Part shown: positions 9,957 to 18,394 of the stretch, one piece after another
Layout of the letters: each line of letters starts with the position of its first letter
Numbering within the stretch: position 1 is the stretch's first letter
DNA from: Terriglobia bacterium
GTDB taxonomy: Bacteria; Acidobacteriota; Terriglobia; 20CM-2-55-15
Assembly (NCBI GenBank): GCA_965198225.1
Contig: CBDAOY010000006.1
Span: forward strand, 896,001-960,000
Direction: 5' to 3'
Length of the DNA stretch: 64,000 bases
Notes under the pieces: generated by a model
Database searches by the model: none
What the model was told of the DNA's origin: nothing
What the model saw: only the letters and a program-made list of their open reading frames with translations
Made by a program: the position numbers and the translations under genes

Positions 9957-10448
9957 ATGAGAGAGGAACTGATCCAGCAACTGAAATCCACCCACGAGTT
10001 CTTCGAAAGAAGCACGGGGACTCTGAACGAGGACGACTCGACGTTCTCACCGTCAGGGGGAATGTTCACCGCGTCGCAGCAGGTGGCTCACGTGGCGCAG
10101 ACGATCGACTGGTTCGTCGACGGCGCCTTTCGAGAGAACGGCTTCGACATGGACTTCGAGGCACATGAGAAGCAAGTCCGCGCGGTCAGTTCGTTGGATG
10201 AGGCGCGCGCGTGGCTCAAGCGAGCGGTCGACAATGCCGTCGGGCAGCTTTCGGACAAATCCGAGGAGGACTGGATCCAGCCGCTTCCGCCCGGACCTAT
10301 CTTTGGCGGCGCCCCTCGAGTAAGCGTCTTCTGGGGCATTTCCGATCACACCGCACACCATCGCGGCGCGTTGACCGCGTATGCGCGTGCCCGGGGTAAG
10401 ACCCCACCGAATCCTTACATGGACATGGACCAGGCATCGGGAGCGTAG
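9957..10448 (+). CDS. DinB-family protein
   Basis: QQVAHVAQ and DHTAHHRGAL histidine triad; AGGAGG RBS. Confidence 0.85.
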   Translation: MREELIQQLKSTHEFFERSTGTLNEDDSTFSPSGGMFTASQQVAHVAQTIDWFVDGAFRENGFDMDFEAHEKQVRAVSSLDEARAWLKRAVDNAVGQLSDKSEEDWIQPLPPGPIFGGAPRVSVFWGISDHTAHHRGALTAYARARGKTPPNPYMDMDQASGA

Positions 10449-10472
10449 CGTTTCGTGTTCCTTTCGGTCGGG

Positions 10473-10506
10473 TTGACATCGGCTCACTTTATCCGTATAT
10501 TCGGAT
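10473..10506 (+). promoter_or_regulatory. Sigma70 promoter with an overlapping palindromic operator (putative SahR site)
   Basis: TTGACA (10473-78)-17 bp-TATATT (10496-501); ATCCG-TATATT-CGGAT palindrome at 10491-10506. Confidence 0.7.
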
Positions 10507-10508
10507 GA

Positions 10509-11516
10509 ATGGATAACAGCTCGACCGATGTTCTCCTCCGGTCTCTCGGTGACCCCGTCCGTCGACAACTCGTCCGGGTGCTGGCCGAGGCCCCTTTGAC
10601 GGTCGGCGAAGTTGTGGGCGTCCTGGGCCTTCCTCAATCCACCGTCAGCCGACACCTGAAGACACTCCGTTCGACGGGGCTACTCGTAGATCGACGGGAA
10701 GGGAACCGCGTCCATATCGGACTGGTCGAGCCCAGCGGGAACGGAGACGGCGATCTGGCCGGTCTGCTGAATTCCTGGATTCGACAGCAGGAGTTGCCCC
10801 GCCGGGTCCGCGGAAGGCTGGAGCGGACCATCGCCGGGCGCAACGGGTCGGAAAACGCTTTCGAGCGTCTGGCCCACCAGTGGGACGAGCTCCGGTTCCA
10901 GCACTTCGGCCCGACGTTCCACCTGGAAGCCCTGGCAAGCCTGCTGCCCCGCGACTGGAGAGTACTCGACATCGGCACCGGGACCGGGTACATGCTGCCG
11001 TTCCTGGCGCGGCACTTCCGCCAGGTGGTGGCCATCGATCCGTCCTCGGCCATGCTGGGGCTGGCCCGCCGGCGCGCCAAGAAGGAGTCACTGGACAACG
11101 TCCGGTTCGAATCCGGGCGCCTCGAAGATCTTCCCGTCAACGACGGAACCATTGACTGTGCGCTGGCCGTTCTCGTGCTGCGTCACACGAGCGAACTGCC
11201 GAAGTCCTCGAGCGAGCTCGCGCGTGTGATAGTTCCGGGCGGACGCCTCCTGGTTGTCGACGTTGCCCCCCACCGTATGGAAGACTTCCGCCAGCGGACA
11301 GGGGACGCCTCTGAAGGGTTGGACCCGGATCTCGCGGCCCAACAGCTGGAACTGGCGGGGTTCGACATCACCAGCCGTGGCCAATTGCCTCCGCCGCCCC
11401 CCGACAGCCCGGCGGCGCCGAGTCGTCCCGCACCGGATCTCTTCTTACTTACCGCCGAGCGAACCCGGAGGTCCGGGAGGAGAACTCGAAAACAGAAATC
11501 CAAGGCGCATTCATAG
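10509..11516 (+). CDS. sahR: ArsR-HTH + SAM-dependent methyltransferase-like regulator (SahR type)
   Basis: LGDPVRRQL...QSTVSRHLKTL ArsR HTH followed by VLDIGTGTG; lies directly upstream of ahcY. Confidence 0.8.
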   Translation: MDNSSTDVLLRSLGDPVRRQLVRVLAEAPLTVGEVVGVLGLPQSTVSRHLKTLRSTGLLVDRREGNRVHIGLVEPSGNGDGDLAGLLNSWIRQQELPRRVRGRLERTIAGRNGSENAFERLAHQWDELRFQHFGPTFHLEALASLLPRDWRVLDIGTGTGYMLPFLARHFRQVVAIDPSSAMLGLARRRAKKESLDNVRFESGRLEDLPVNDGTIDCALAVLVLRHTSELPKSSSELARVIVPGGRLLVVDVAPHRMEDFRQRTGDASEGLDPDLAAQQLELAGFDITSRGQLPPPPPDSPAAPSRPAPDLFLLTAERTRRSGRRTRKQKSKAHS

Positions 11517-11541
11517 ATAGGAAAGACAAGGAGAAACACCG

Positions 11542-12972
11542 ATGAGTACCGCTGAGAAGACCCACTACAAGGTTGCCGACATCGGCCTGGCTGAATTCGG
11601 ACGCAAGGAAATCGATCTCGCCGAGCACGAAATGCCGGGTCTGATGACCGTGCGCGAGGAGTACCGGGAGAACAAGCCGCTCGAAGGAGTCCGGGTCGCG
11701 GGGTCGCTGCACATGACGGTGCAGACGGCCGTGCTGATCGAGACCCTCACGGCCCTGGGAGCCGACGTGCGATGGGCAAGCTGCAACATTTTCAGCACCC
11801 AGGACCATGCCGCGGCCGCTATTGCCGCTTGCGACATCCCGGTGTTTGCCTGGAAGGGCGAGACATTGGACGAGTACTGGTGGTGCACCGACCAGATCCT
11901 GAAGTTTCCCGAAGGCGGACCGCAGCTGATCGTCGACGACGGCGGCGACGCCACGCTGCTGATTCACCTCGGGAAAGAAGCCGAAGACGTCTACGAAACC
12001 GACGGCACTCTGCCCGATCCCGACAGCACGGATGTCGAGGAGATGCAGGTCATCCTGAAACTGCTCCGCGACCGATTGGCTGAGGACCCCCGCTACTGGA
12101 CGAGAATGGCGGAGGGAATCGGCGGCGTCAGCGAGGAGACGACGACGGGTGTGCACCGGCTCTACCAGCGGCAGGAGGCCGGCACCCTGCTGTTTCCCGC
12201 GATCAACGTCAACGACAGCGTGACCAAGAGCAAGTTCGACAACATCTACGGCTGCCGCCACTCGCTGCCCGACGGCATCATGCGGGCGACCGACGTCATG
12301 ATCGGCGGAAAGAGGGTCCTGGTTTGCGGGTTCGGCGAAGTCGGGAAGGGGTGCGCCCAGTCGCTGCGCGGCCAGGGCGCACGCGTCCTCGTAACCGAGA
12401 TCGATCCGATCTGCGCCCTGCAGGCGACGATGGAAGGCTACCAGGTGGTCCGTCTGGACGATGTCGTCGACGAGGTGGACATCTTCGTGACCGCGACCGG
12501 CAACTTCAACATCATCACCGTCGACCACATGGCAAAGATGAAGGACAAGGCCATCGTGAGCAACATCGGCCACTTCGACAACGAAATCGACATGGCCGGT
12601 CTGGCGAAGTTCGACGGTATTCGGAAAGAGGAGATCAAGCCGCAGGTCCACCAGTGGCACTTCCCGGATGGCCACAGCATTCTCGTCCTTGCCGAAGGTC
12701 GCCTCGTGAACCTGGGCTGCGCGACCGGGCATCCCAGCTTCGTCATGAGCAACAGTTTCTCGAACCAGGTGATCGCGCAGGTCGAGCTGTGGACCAATAA
12801 TGACAGATACGAAAAGAAGGTCTATGTTCTGCCCAAGCACCTCGATGAGAAGGTCGCCAGGTTGCACCTGGACAAGCTGGGCGCGAAGCTGACCGAACTG
12901 ACGAAAGAACAGGCCGACTACATTGGTGTGCCGGTGGAGGGGCCGTATAAGGCCGAGTATTACAGGTACTGA
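11542..12972 (+). CDS. ahcY: Adenosylhomocysteinase
   Basis: [63 protein letters not shown]. Confidence 0.98.
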   Translation: MSTAEKTHYKVADIGLAEFGRKEIDLAEHEMPGLMTVREEYRENKPLEGVRVAGSLHMTVQTAVLIETLTALGADVRWASCNIFSTQDHAAAAIAACDIPVFAWKGETLDEYWWCTDQILKFPEGGPQLIVDDGGDATLLIHLGKEAEDVYETDGTLPDPDSTDVEEMQVILKLLRDRLAEDPRYWTRMAEGIGGVSEETTTGVHRLYQRQEAGTLLFPAINVNDSVTKSKFDNIYGCRHSLPDGIMRATDVMIGGKRVLVCGFGEVGKGCAQSLRGQGARVLVTEIDPICALQATMEGYQVVRLDDVVDEVDIFVTATGNFNIITVDHMAKMKDKAIVSNIGHFDNEIDMAGLAKFDGIRKEEIKPQVHQWHFPDGHSILVLAEGRLVNLGCATGHPSFVMSNSFSNQVIAQVELWTNNDRYEKKVYVLPKHLDEKVARLHLDKLGAKLTELTKEQADYIGVPVEGPYKAEYYRY

Positions 12973-12992
12973 AGAGAAGTAGGCCGTTATCC

Positions 12993-13267
12993 GTTAGCGG
13001 CGGTCTTTGACCGCCGCGGGGCCGGTGTAGGTGCGGTCTATGACCGCACATTCTACTCGATCGAGGGAGGTGGCTGGGACCTCGTCCGACAGCTATTGCA
13101 GATTGGTCATTGGACGATTCCGCATTGGAAATTTGGAGATTTCAAATTGCTCGATTTCTTATTGGTCGGAAATCTGAAATGAAACAATCTCCAATGAGCA
13201 ACCTGCAATGTGGATTCTTTCAAATATCGCAATTTGCGATAGGTGTAGGTGCGGTCTGTGACCGCAC
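12993..13267. repeat. Repeat cluster: REP units at 12993-13017 (variant), 13025-13049 and 13243-13267 flanking an AT-rich hairpin element (13096-13240)
   Basis: GTGTAGGTGCGGTCTATGACCGCAC; long imperfect IR ATTGCAGATTGGTCATTGGACGATT / AATCTCCAATGAGCAACCTGCAAT. Confidence 0.85.
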
Positions 13268-13323
13268 ACCGCTGACGATCGGCGACTTTTCGTCTTATTG
13301 AACCCACCGACTTTTTCTGCTTG

Positions 13324-13371
13324 GCCAACACCCCGGGGACAGGGCTATACCCCTGTCCCCCTCACGTTGGC
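13324..13371. repeat. GGGGACAGGG/CCCTGTCCCC palindromic element
   Basis: Perfect 10-bp stem at 13335-13360 with outer GCCAAC/GTTGGC; a related AGGGACAG/CTGTCCCT hairpin lies at 54253-54274. Confidence 0.55.
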
Positions 13372-13509
13372 TCTCGCGCGGTTCGTTTCGGCGAGTCGTC
13401 GGTGTTCTCCCCCCTTCAGATTTCTTGTTAACGCTTTGGCATTCCCAACGTTTCCATTATTAACGGAACTTGGTCCGAGCGGCTTCCGTATGTATTCCGG
13501 CAAGGAGGA

Positions 13510-15948
13510 ATGGGCGAAATGGGTGTTTTTCAGGACATCAAATATGGGGTTCGGATGCTGGCCAAGAACCGGACTTTCACGCTGGCGGCGGTCCTGGCGC
13601 TGGCGGTCGGCATCGGTCTGAACGCCGCCGTCTTCACGCTGGTCAACGCGGTGCTGGTAAAGGGTTTGCCTTTCGAGGATCCGGACCGGATCGTACACAT
13701 CCGGTCGCGGAATATCCCTGCCGGAAGGGAACGCATGAGCGCGGCCTACCCAGACTTCGAGGACTGGCGGGAACAGTCCCGATCCTTCAAAGGCCTCGCA
13801 GCTCACCGCGGCGGATCGCTGAACTTGAGTGACGACCAACGATTCCCGGAACGTGTTTCGGGGGCCTGGATGACGCCGAACGCCTTCTCGCTTATCTGCC
13901 AGCAGCCCCTGATCGGTCGTGATCTGACGGCTGCCGACGCTGAAGCCGCCGCGGAAAAGGTCGCAATCATCGGATACGCCCTCTGGCAGAATCGCTACGG
14001 CGGCGATTCCGGGATCCTGGGAGGCACGATCAAGGCCGGCGACGTGGCCTACACGATCATCGGTGTCATGCCCCAGGGGATGGAGTTTCCCAGCAACACC
14101 GATCTCTGGATGCCGTTGATACCGTCCGAGAGCGAGCGGCAGCGAAAAAACCGCAGTTTTCGCGTGTTCGCCCGCCTCGGCGACGGTGTTTCCATTACCC
14201 AGGCTCAGGCTGAAATGGACAGCATCACCGCGCGCCTCGCCGAGGAGTATGCCGACACCAATGAGGACGTAGACGCCCTGGTCCTGACTTCGAGCCAGGA
14301 ATACAACGGCGGTGAGATCAGGGTGGTCTTCCTCGCCCTGATGGGATCGGTCACCTTCGTCCTCCTGATCGCATGCGCCAACGTCGCGAATCTGCTGCTG
14401 TCCCAGGCATTCAACCGGAGCAGGGAAACCTCCATCCGGACCGCGCTGGGGGCGGGACGATGGCGGGTCATCCGGCAATTGCTGCTCGAGAGTCTGATGT
14501 TGAGCGTCATGGGCGCGTCGCTGGGCCTGTTGTTGGCCGTCGGGGGAGTCCGCCTGTTCGACCGCGCCGTCGCCGATGTCGGGAAACCCTACTGGATCGA
14601 TTTTTCCATGGACTTCACCGTGTTCGCGTACCTGGGCCTGGTCTGTATCGGCACCGCGGTTCTCTTCGGCCTGGTCCCGGCGCTGCAGGCGTCCCGTACC
14701 GACGTCAACGACAGCCTGAAGTCCGGCGGCCGCTCCAGCATGGGCGGAGTGCGATCTCGAAAGCTCATCGGAGGCCTGGTGGTGGCGGAGTTGGGTCTCA
14801 CGCTGATCCTGCTGGTCGGCGCCGGGCTGATGATGCGAAGTTTCATGAACCTGAATCAGATCGACCTCGGCATCGACACCGCGAACACTTTGACGCTGCA
14901 GCTCGGCTTGCCCGAGGCCAAATATGGCGAAGTCGAAGAGCGAGTGGCGTTTCAGGACCGGTTGCTCGAAAGGATGACAGCCATCCCGGGGATCGAACAT
15001 GTTGCGCTGACATCGAACCTGCCCAGCGAAGGCAGCATGCAGTACTACATGGCTCTGCCCGATCGAGATCTGACCGATGCGGAAGGAGAGCTGCCCCTCG
15101 TGGGCGTCGTCGCCGTCACGCCGGACTATTTCAAGGCCCTCGGTCGAGACGTCGTGCGCGGGCGGAATCTAACCGCTGCGGACGGAATCGAAGGCTCCGA
15201 AGTTGCTGTCGTCAACGAGCGGTTTGCGGCTCGTTACTGGCCCGGCGAGGACCCAGTCGGCCGGCAGATGCGCCTCGGGAAGGGCCCTGAACGGCCGTGG
15301 GTCACTATTGTGGGGATCGCTCCGCCGATCCGCCAGCGCGTGAGGCAGTCCCAGCAGGCTCCCGAAATCGAGCCGACCGCCTTCGTCCCGTTCCGACAGG
15401 AGTCGGTCCGCGCAATCGATATTGTCGCTCGGAGCCCGATGGGTCCCGAACCCCTTGCCGACGCAATCCGGGCGGAAATCCGCGTCATCGATGCGGACCT
15501 GCCGACCTACAGCGTGCAGACTTTCGACGAGATGATTCACGGGGAAAGCTGGCCCTACCGCGTTTTCGGAAGCATCTTCGGAATCCTTGCTGTGGTCGCG
15601 CTCGTTCTTTCCTCGGTCGGCATCTTCGGAGTGACGTCCTACTCGGTGAGCCAGCGCACCCAGGAGATCGGCATGCGGATGGCGCTGGGCGCAGCTGCCC
15701 GAGACGTGCTGTGGCTGGTCGGAAAGCAAGGGCTCACGCAACTGACGATGGGTTTGCTCCTCGGCCTCGCCGGCGCGTTCGCCGTGACCCGCGTCATCGG
15801 GGATCTGATGTTCGGAGTCCGGCCGACCGACCCCCTCACTTTCTTCGCGATTACCGTGATCCTCAGCCTGGTGACTCTATCCGCCTGTTTTGTCCCGGCG
15901 CGCCGAGCGACCCAACTGGACCCGATGCGCGCTCTGCGGATCGACTAG
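13510..15948 (+). CDS. ABC-type permease, ADOP-like (duplicated MacB_PCD + FtsX domains)
   Basis: QDIKYGVRML, LALAVGIGLN, VLLIACANVANLLL, RTALGAGRWR, SQRTQEIGMRMALGA, PARRATQLDPMRALR; no adjacent ATPase gene. Confidence 0.93.
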   Translation: MGEMGVFQDIKYGVRMLAKNRTFTLAAVLALAVGIGLNAAVFTLVNAVLVKGLPFEDPDRIVHIRSRNIPAGRERMSAAYPDFEDWREQSRSFKGLAAHRGGSLNLSDDQRFPERVSGAWMTPNAFSLICQQPLIGRDLTAADAEAAAEKVAIIGYALWQNRYGGDSGILGGTIKAGDVAYTIIGVMPQGMEFPSNTDLWMPLIPSESERQRKNRSFRVFARLGDGVSITQAQAEMDSITARLAEEYADTNEDVDALVLTSSQEYNGGEIRVVFLALMGSVTFVLLIACANVANLLLSQAFNRSRETSIRTALGAGRWRVIRQLLLESLMLSVMGASLGLLLAVGGVRLFDRAVADVGKPYWIDFSMDFTVFAYLGLVCIGTAVLFGLVPALQASRTDVNDSLKSGGRSSMGGVRSRKLIGGLVVAELGLTLILLVGAGLMMRSFMNLNQIDLGIDTANTLTLQLGLPEAKYGEVEERVAFQDRLLERMTAIPGIEHVALTSNLPSEGSMQYYMALPDRDLTDAEGELPLVGVVAVTPDYFKALGRDVVRGRNLTAADGIEGSEVAVVNERFAARYWPGEDPVGRQMRLGKGPERPWVTIVGIAPPIRQRVRQSQQAPEIEPTAFVPFRQESVRAIDIVARSPMGPEPLADAIRAEIRVIDADLPTYSVQTFDEMIHGESWPYRVFGSIFGILAVVALVLSSVGIFGVTSYSVSQRTQEIGMRMALGAAARDVLWLVGKQGLTQLTMGLLLGLAGAFAVTRVIGDLMFGVRPTDPLTFFAITVILSLVTLSACFVPARRATQLDPMRALRID

Positions 15949-16049
15949 ACCGTCCGAATCATCCCAACTTTTTCGCAACTAGCCCGATTGGAATTCGGGG
16001 CTTTCGCGTTGCTGACCTTCAACTCCGTGGATCAGGCCGGATCAGGCTG

Positions 16050-16065
16050 ATATGGTTACCCATAT
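16050..16065 (+). promoter_or_regulatory. Palindromic operator at the antitoxin start
   Basis: ATATGG-TTAC-CCATAT overlaps the ATG at 16064, as expected for TA autoregulation. Confidence 0.45.
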
Positions 16066-16303
16066 GAAGACAACCATAGATATTGCCGACGACCTCCTGG
16101 GGAAAGCCAAGCGGCGGGCAGCGCGCGAAAACAAGACGCTCAGGGAAGTCGTCGAAGAAGCCTTGCGCCGCCACTTGTCTGAGAAGGGTGCTCAAGGCGG
16201 TTTCCGGCTCGGACGCCATGTCTTCAAGGGTAGAGGGCTCCAGCCGGGTCTTACCGAGGGTAATTGGGAGAGCGTTCGAGACTTGATCCACAGGCCCGGA
16301 TAG
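16064..16303 (+). CDS. VapB/DUF2191-like ribbon-helix-helix antitoxin
   Basis: MKTTIDIADDLLGKAKRRAARENKTLREVVEEALRRHL. Confidence 0.85.
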   Translation: MKTTIDIADDLLGKAKRRAARENKTLREVVEEALRRHLSEKGAQGGFRLGRHVFKGRGLQPGLTEGNWESVRDLIHRPG

Positions 16304-16305
16304 CG

Positions 16306-16461
16306 GTGATCGCGCTAGACACCAACCTCCTTGTGTCTGCCCACCACGCGGATTCGTCCTGGCATGAGCAGGGCGATCGCGTCGTTGCCTGCTCTCCGCC
16401 GCCGGTAGCTTCAGTCGGTTCGCAGGAACTGAAGACCGAAAACCGGCTCATCGCGGGCTGA
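16306..16461 (+). pseudogene. Truncated VapC (PIN-domain) toxin
   Basis: VIALDTNLLVSAHHADSSWH is a PIN N-terminus; similarity is lost after ~26 aa and a stop follows at 51 aa. Confidence 0.7.
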
Positions 16462-16601
16462 CCCTCCGTCTGTAGGGCCGAAGTTCTGGAATCATCCCTC
16501 CAAATCATGCAGGATAGCGCGCAGCAGTTTTCACCGCGGGCTGCTACATGTACGCGGTCCGTAAGGCTCAAGCCGTCTAGTTAAACGCCCAGGAGGACAT
16601 C

Positions 16602-17780
16602 ATGAAGCGCTTGTTTTCGCGCCCGGTTGGTCGCGCGGTCTTTCTTCTGCTCATCGTGTCGATCCTTGCCGCTACCGCCGGGGCGCAGCAGAAGCCGCGG
16701 GCCAGGGATCTCGGCGTCCCATTCGACGGGACGCCGGGTCCCTTGAACGCCATCACCGACGTGGCCGGTATACGAGTCGGTCACACCACTTTGATCCGAG
16801 GTGAGGGCGTGTTGCGTGTCGGCGAGGGGCCGGTGCGTACGGGTGTCACGGCGATCCTGCCGCGCGGTGACGATCCCGGGAACCCCGTCTTCGGTGGTTG
16901 GTTTGCGCTCAACGGGAACGGCGAGATGACCGGCACGACATGGGTGGAAGAGTCCGGCTTCCTGGAAGGGCCGATCGCGATCACCAATACGCACAGCGTC
17001 GGCACAGTCCGCGATGCCATCATCGCCTGGCAGGTGCAGAAAGGCACCACGTTCCAGTCTTTCTCGCTGCCGGTCGTAGGAGAAACCTACGATGGTGCGC
17101 TGAACGACATCAATGGCTTTCACGTCGAAGCCGAACACGTCTTTACCGCCCTGGACAATGCATCGTCTGGACCCGTCGCCGAAGGCAACGTCGGTGGAGG
17201 CACCGCCATGCGGTGTCTCGGGTTCAAATGCGGGATCGGTACATCCTCACGGGCTGGGGTGAGTCCGGGCAACTACACCCTAGGCGTGCTGGTGCAGGCG
17301 AACTTCGGCGCCGGCGTGGCCACCATTGCCGGCGTTCCGGTCGGTCGGATCATCAGGGAGGAAGGTGGGGCCGTCGCCGATGCAGCCGAGGATGAGAATG
17401 GGCGCGGTTCGATCATCATCGTCGTGGCGACCGACGCGCCGCTACTTCCTCACCAGCTCAAGAGGATCGCCCGTCGAGCGTCGCTCGGCGTTGCGCGCAC
17501 CGGAGGCATCTCCAGCAACGGCTCGGGAGACATTTTCATTGCTTTCTCGACCGCCAATCCCGGTGCAGCGCGTGGCCGTCCGACGGCCGACATCACCTTC
17601 CTGGGCAACCGTCAAATCAGCGCCCTTTTTGGAGCCACGGTGCAAGCGACAGAGGAGGCGATCATCAACGCCCTGGTTGCCGCGGAGACGATGGTCGGCC
17701 GGGACGGCAACCGCTCCGAAGCTTTGTCGCACGATCTGTTAAGGGAGATCCTGAGACGGTACAACCGACTCATCGAGTGA
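16602..17780 (+). CDS. Exported DmpA-like aminopeptidase (peptidase S58/P1 family)
   Basis: Signal peptide; NAITDVAGIRVGH, NGNGEMTG, EGNVGGGT, autocleavage G-S in RGSIIIVVATDAP, NGSGDIFIAFST. Confidence 0.92.
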   Translation: MKRLFSRPVGRAVFLLLIVSILAATAGAQQKPRARDLGVPFDGTPGPLNAITDVAGIRVGHTTLIRGEGVLRVGEGPVRTGVTAILPRGDDPGNPVFGGWFALNGNGEMTGTTWVEESGFLEGPIAITNTHSVGTVRDAIIAWQVQKGTTFQSFSLPVVGETYDGALNDINGFHVEAEHVFTALDNASSGPVAEGNVGGGTAMRCLGFKCGIGTSSRAGVSPGNYTLGVLVQANFGAGVATIAGVPVGRIIREEGGAVADAAEDENGRGSIIIVVATDAPLLPHQLKRIARRASLGVARTGGISSNGSGDIFIAFSTANPGAARGRPTADITFLGNRQISALFGATVQATEEAIINALVAAETMVGRDGNRSEALSHDLLREILRRYNRLIE

Positions 17781-17829
17781 GGAATCCCGACCACAACACG
17801 GCCGACAACTTAAACCCACTGGAGTCAAC

Positions 17830-18237
17830 ATGCTTGGAACTACTCAATTCATAACGCTCGAAGCCGCGCAGAAAATGATGGCTGCCGCCGAAGCGGAAGC
17901 GTCTGCCAACAACTGGAATGTCGCCGTCACCATTGTCGATGCAGGCGCCCGCCTCATCATGTTTCAGAAGATGGACGGAACGCAGATGGGAAGCATCGAC
18001 GTGTCGATGGGCAAGGCCAGGACCGCGGCGAATTTCAAACGTCCCACCAAGGCGATGGAGGAAATGATCACCGGCGGCCGCACACCATTCCTGGCGGTCG
18101 ACGGAATCGTTCCCGTGCAGGGTGGAGTGCCGGTCGTGGTCGGCGACGCGGTGATCGGCGCGGTCGGAGTCAGCGGTGTTTCCTCCGCCCAGGACGAGCA
18201 GGTCGCCCTGGCGGCCATCGGCGCGCTCGAAGCCTGA
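17830..18237 (+). CDS. GlcG/HbpS-family heme-binding protein
   Basis: VAVTIVDAGA, KARTAANFKRPT, GGVPVV, GAVGVSG, QDEQVA. Confidence 0.9.
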   Translation: MLGTTQFITLEAAQKMMAAAEAEASANNWNVAVTIVDAGARLIMFQKMDGTQMGSIDVSMGKARTAANFKRPTKAMEEMITGGRTPFLAVDGIVPVQGGVPVVVGDAVIGAVGVSGVSSAQDEQVALAAIGALEA

Positions 18238-18344
18238 AGAGGGAATTTTGGAGGGACGGATCCTGCTGAGGAGGGTGTAGGTGCGGTCTATGACCGCACA
18301 TTCTTCGAGCCGAAACGATGTGCGCTCATAGAGCGCACATACAC
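18238..18344 (+). repeat. REPIN (18275-18344) with conserved 5' leader
   Basis: Two inverted GTAG-type REPs around the spacer ATTCTTCGAGCCGAAACGAT; the leader GAGGGAATTTTGGAGGGACGGATC is shared with copies at 49303 and 53085. Confidence 0.9.
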
Positions 18345-18394
18345 CCGAGGTTTCACCCGACCGGGTAAAGATACACGATCGTCCCGACGAGCTT

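Noticed and set aside
10449-11541. SAM or SAH riboswitch upstream of ahcY
   Set aside because: The sahR-ahcY gap is 25 bp, the sahR leader is essentially absent, and no consensus aptamer motif was seen.
11449-12867. Long antisense ORFs (also 13345-15000, 20850-22694, 32689-34002, 41705-43285, 58565-60046)
   Set aside because: They mirror well-supported genes on the opposite strand and are a codon-bias artefact.
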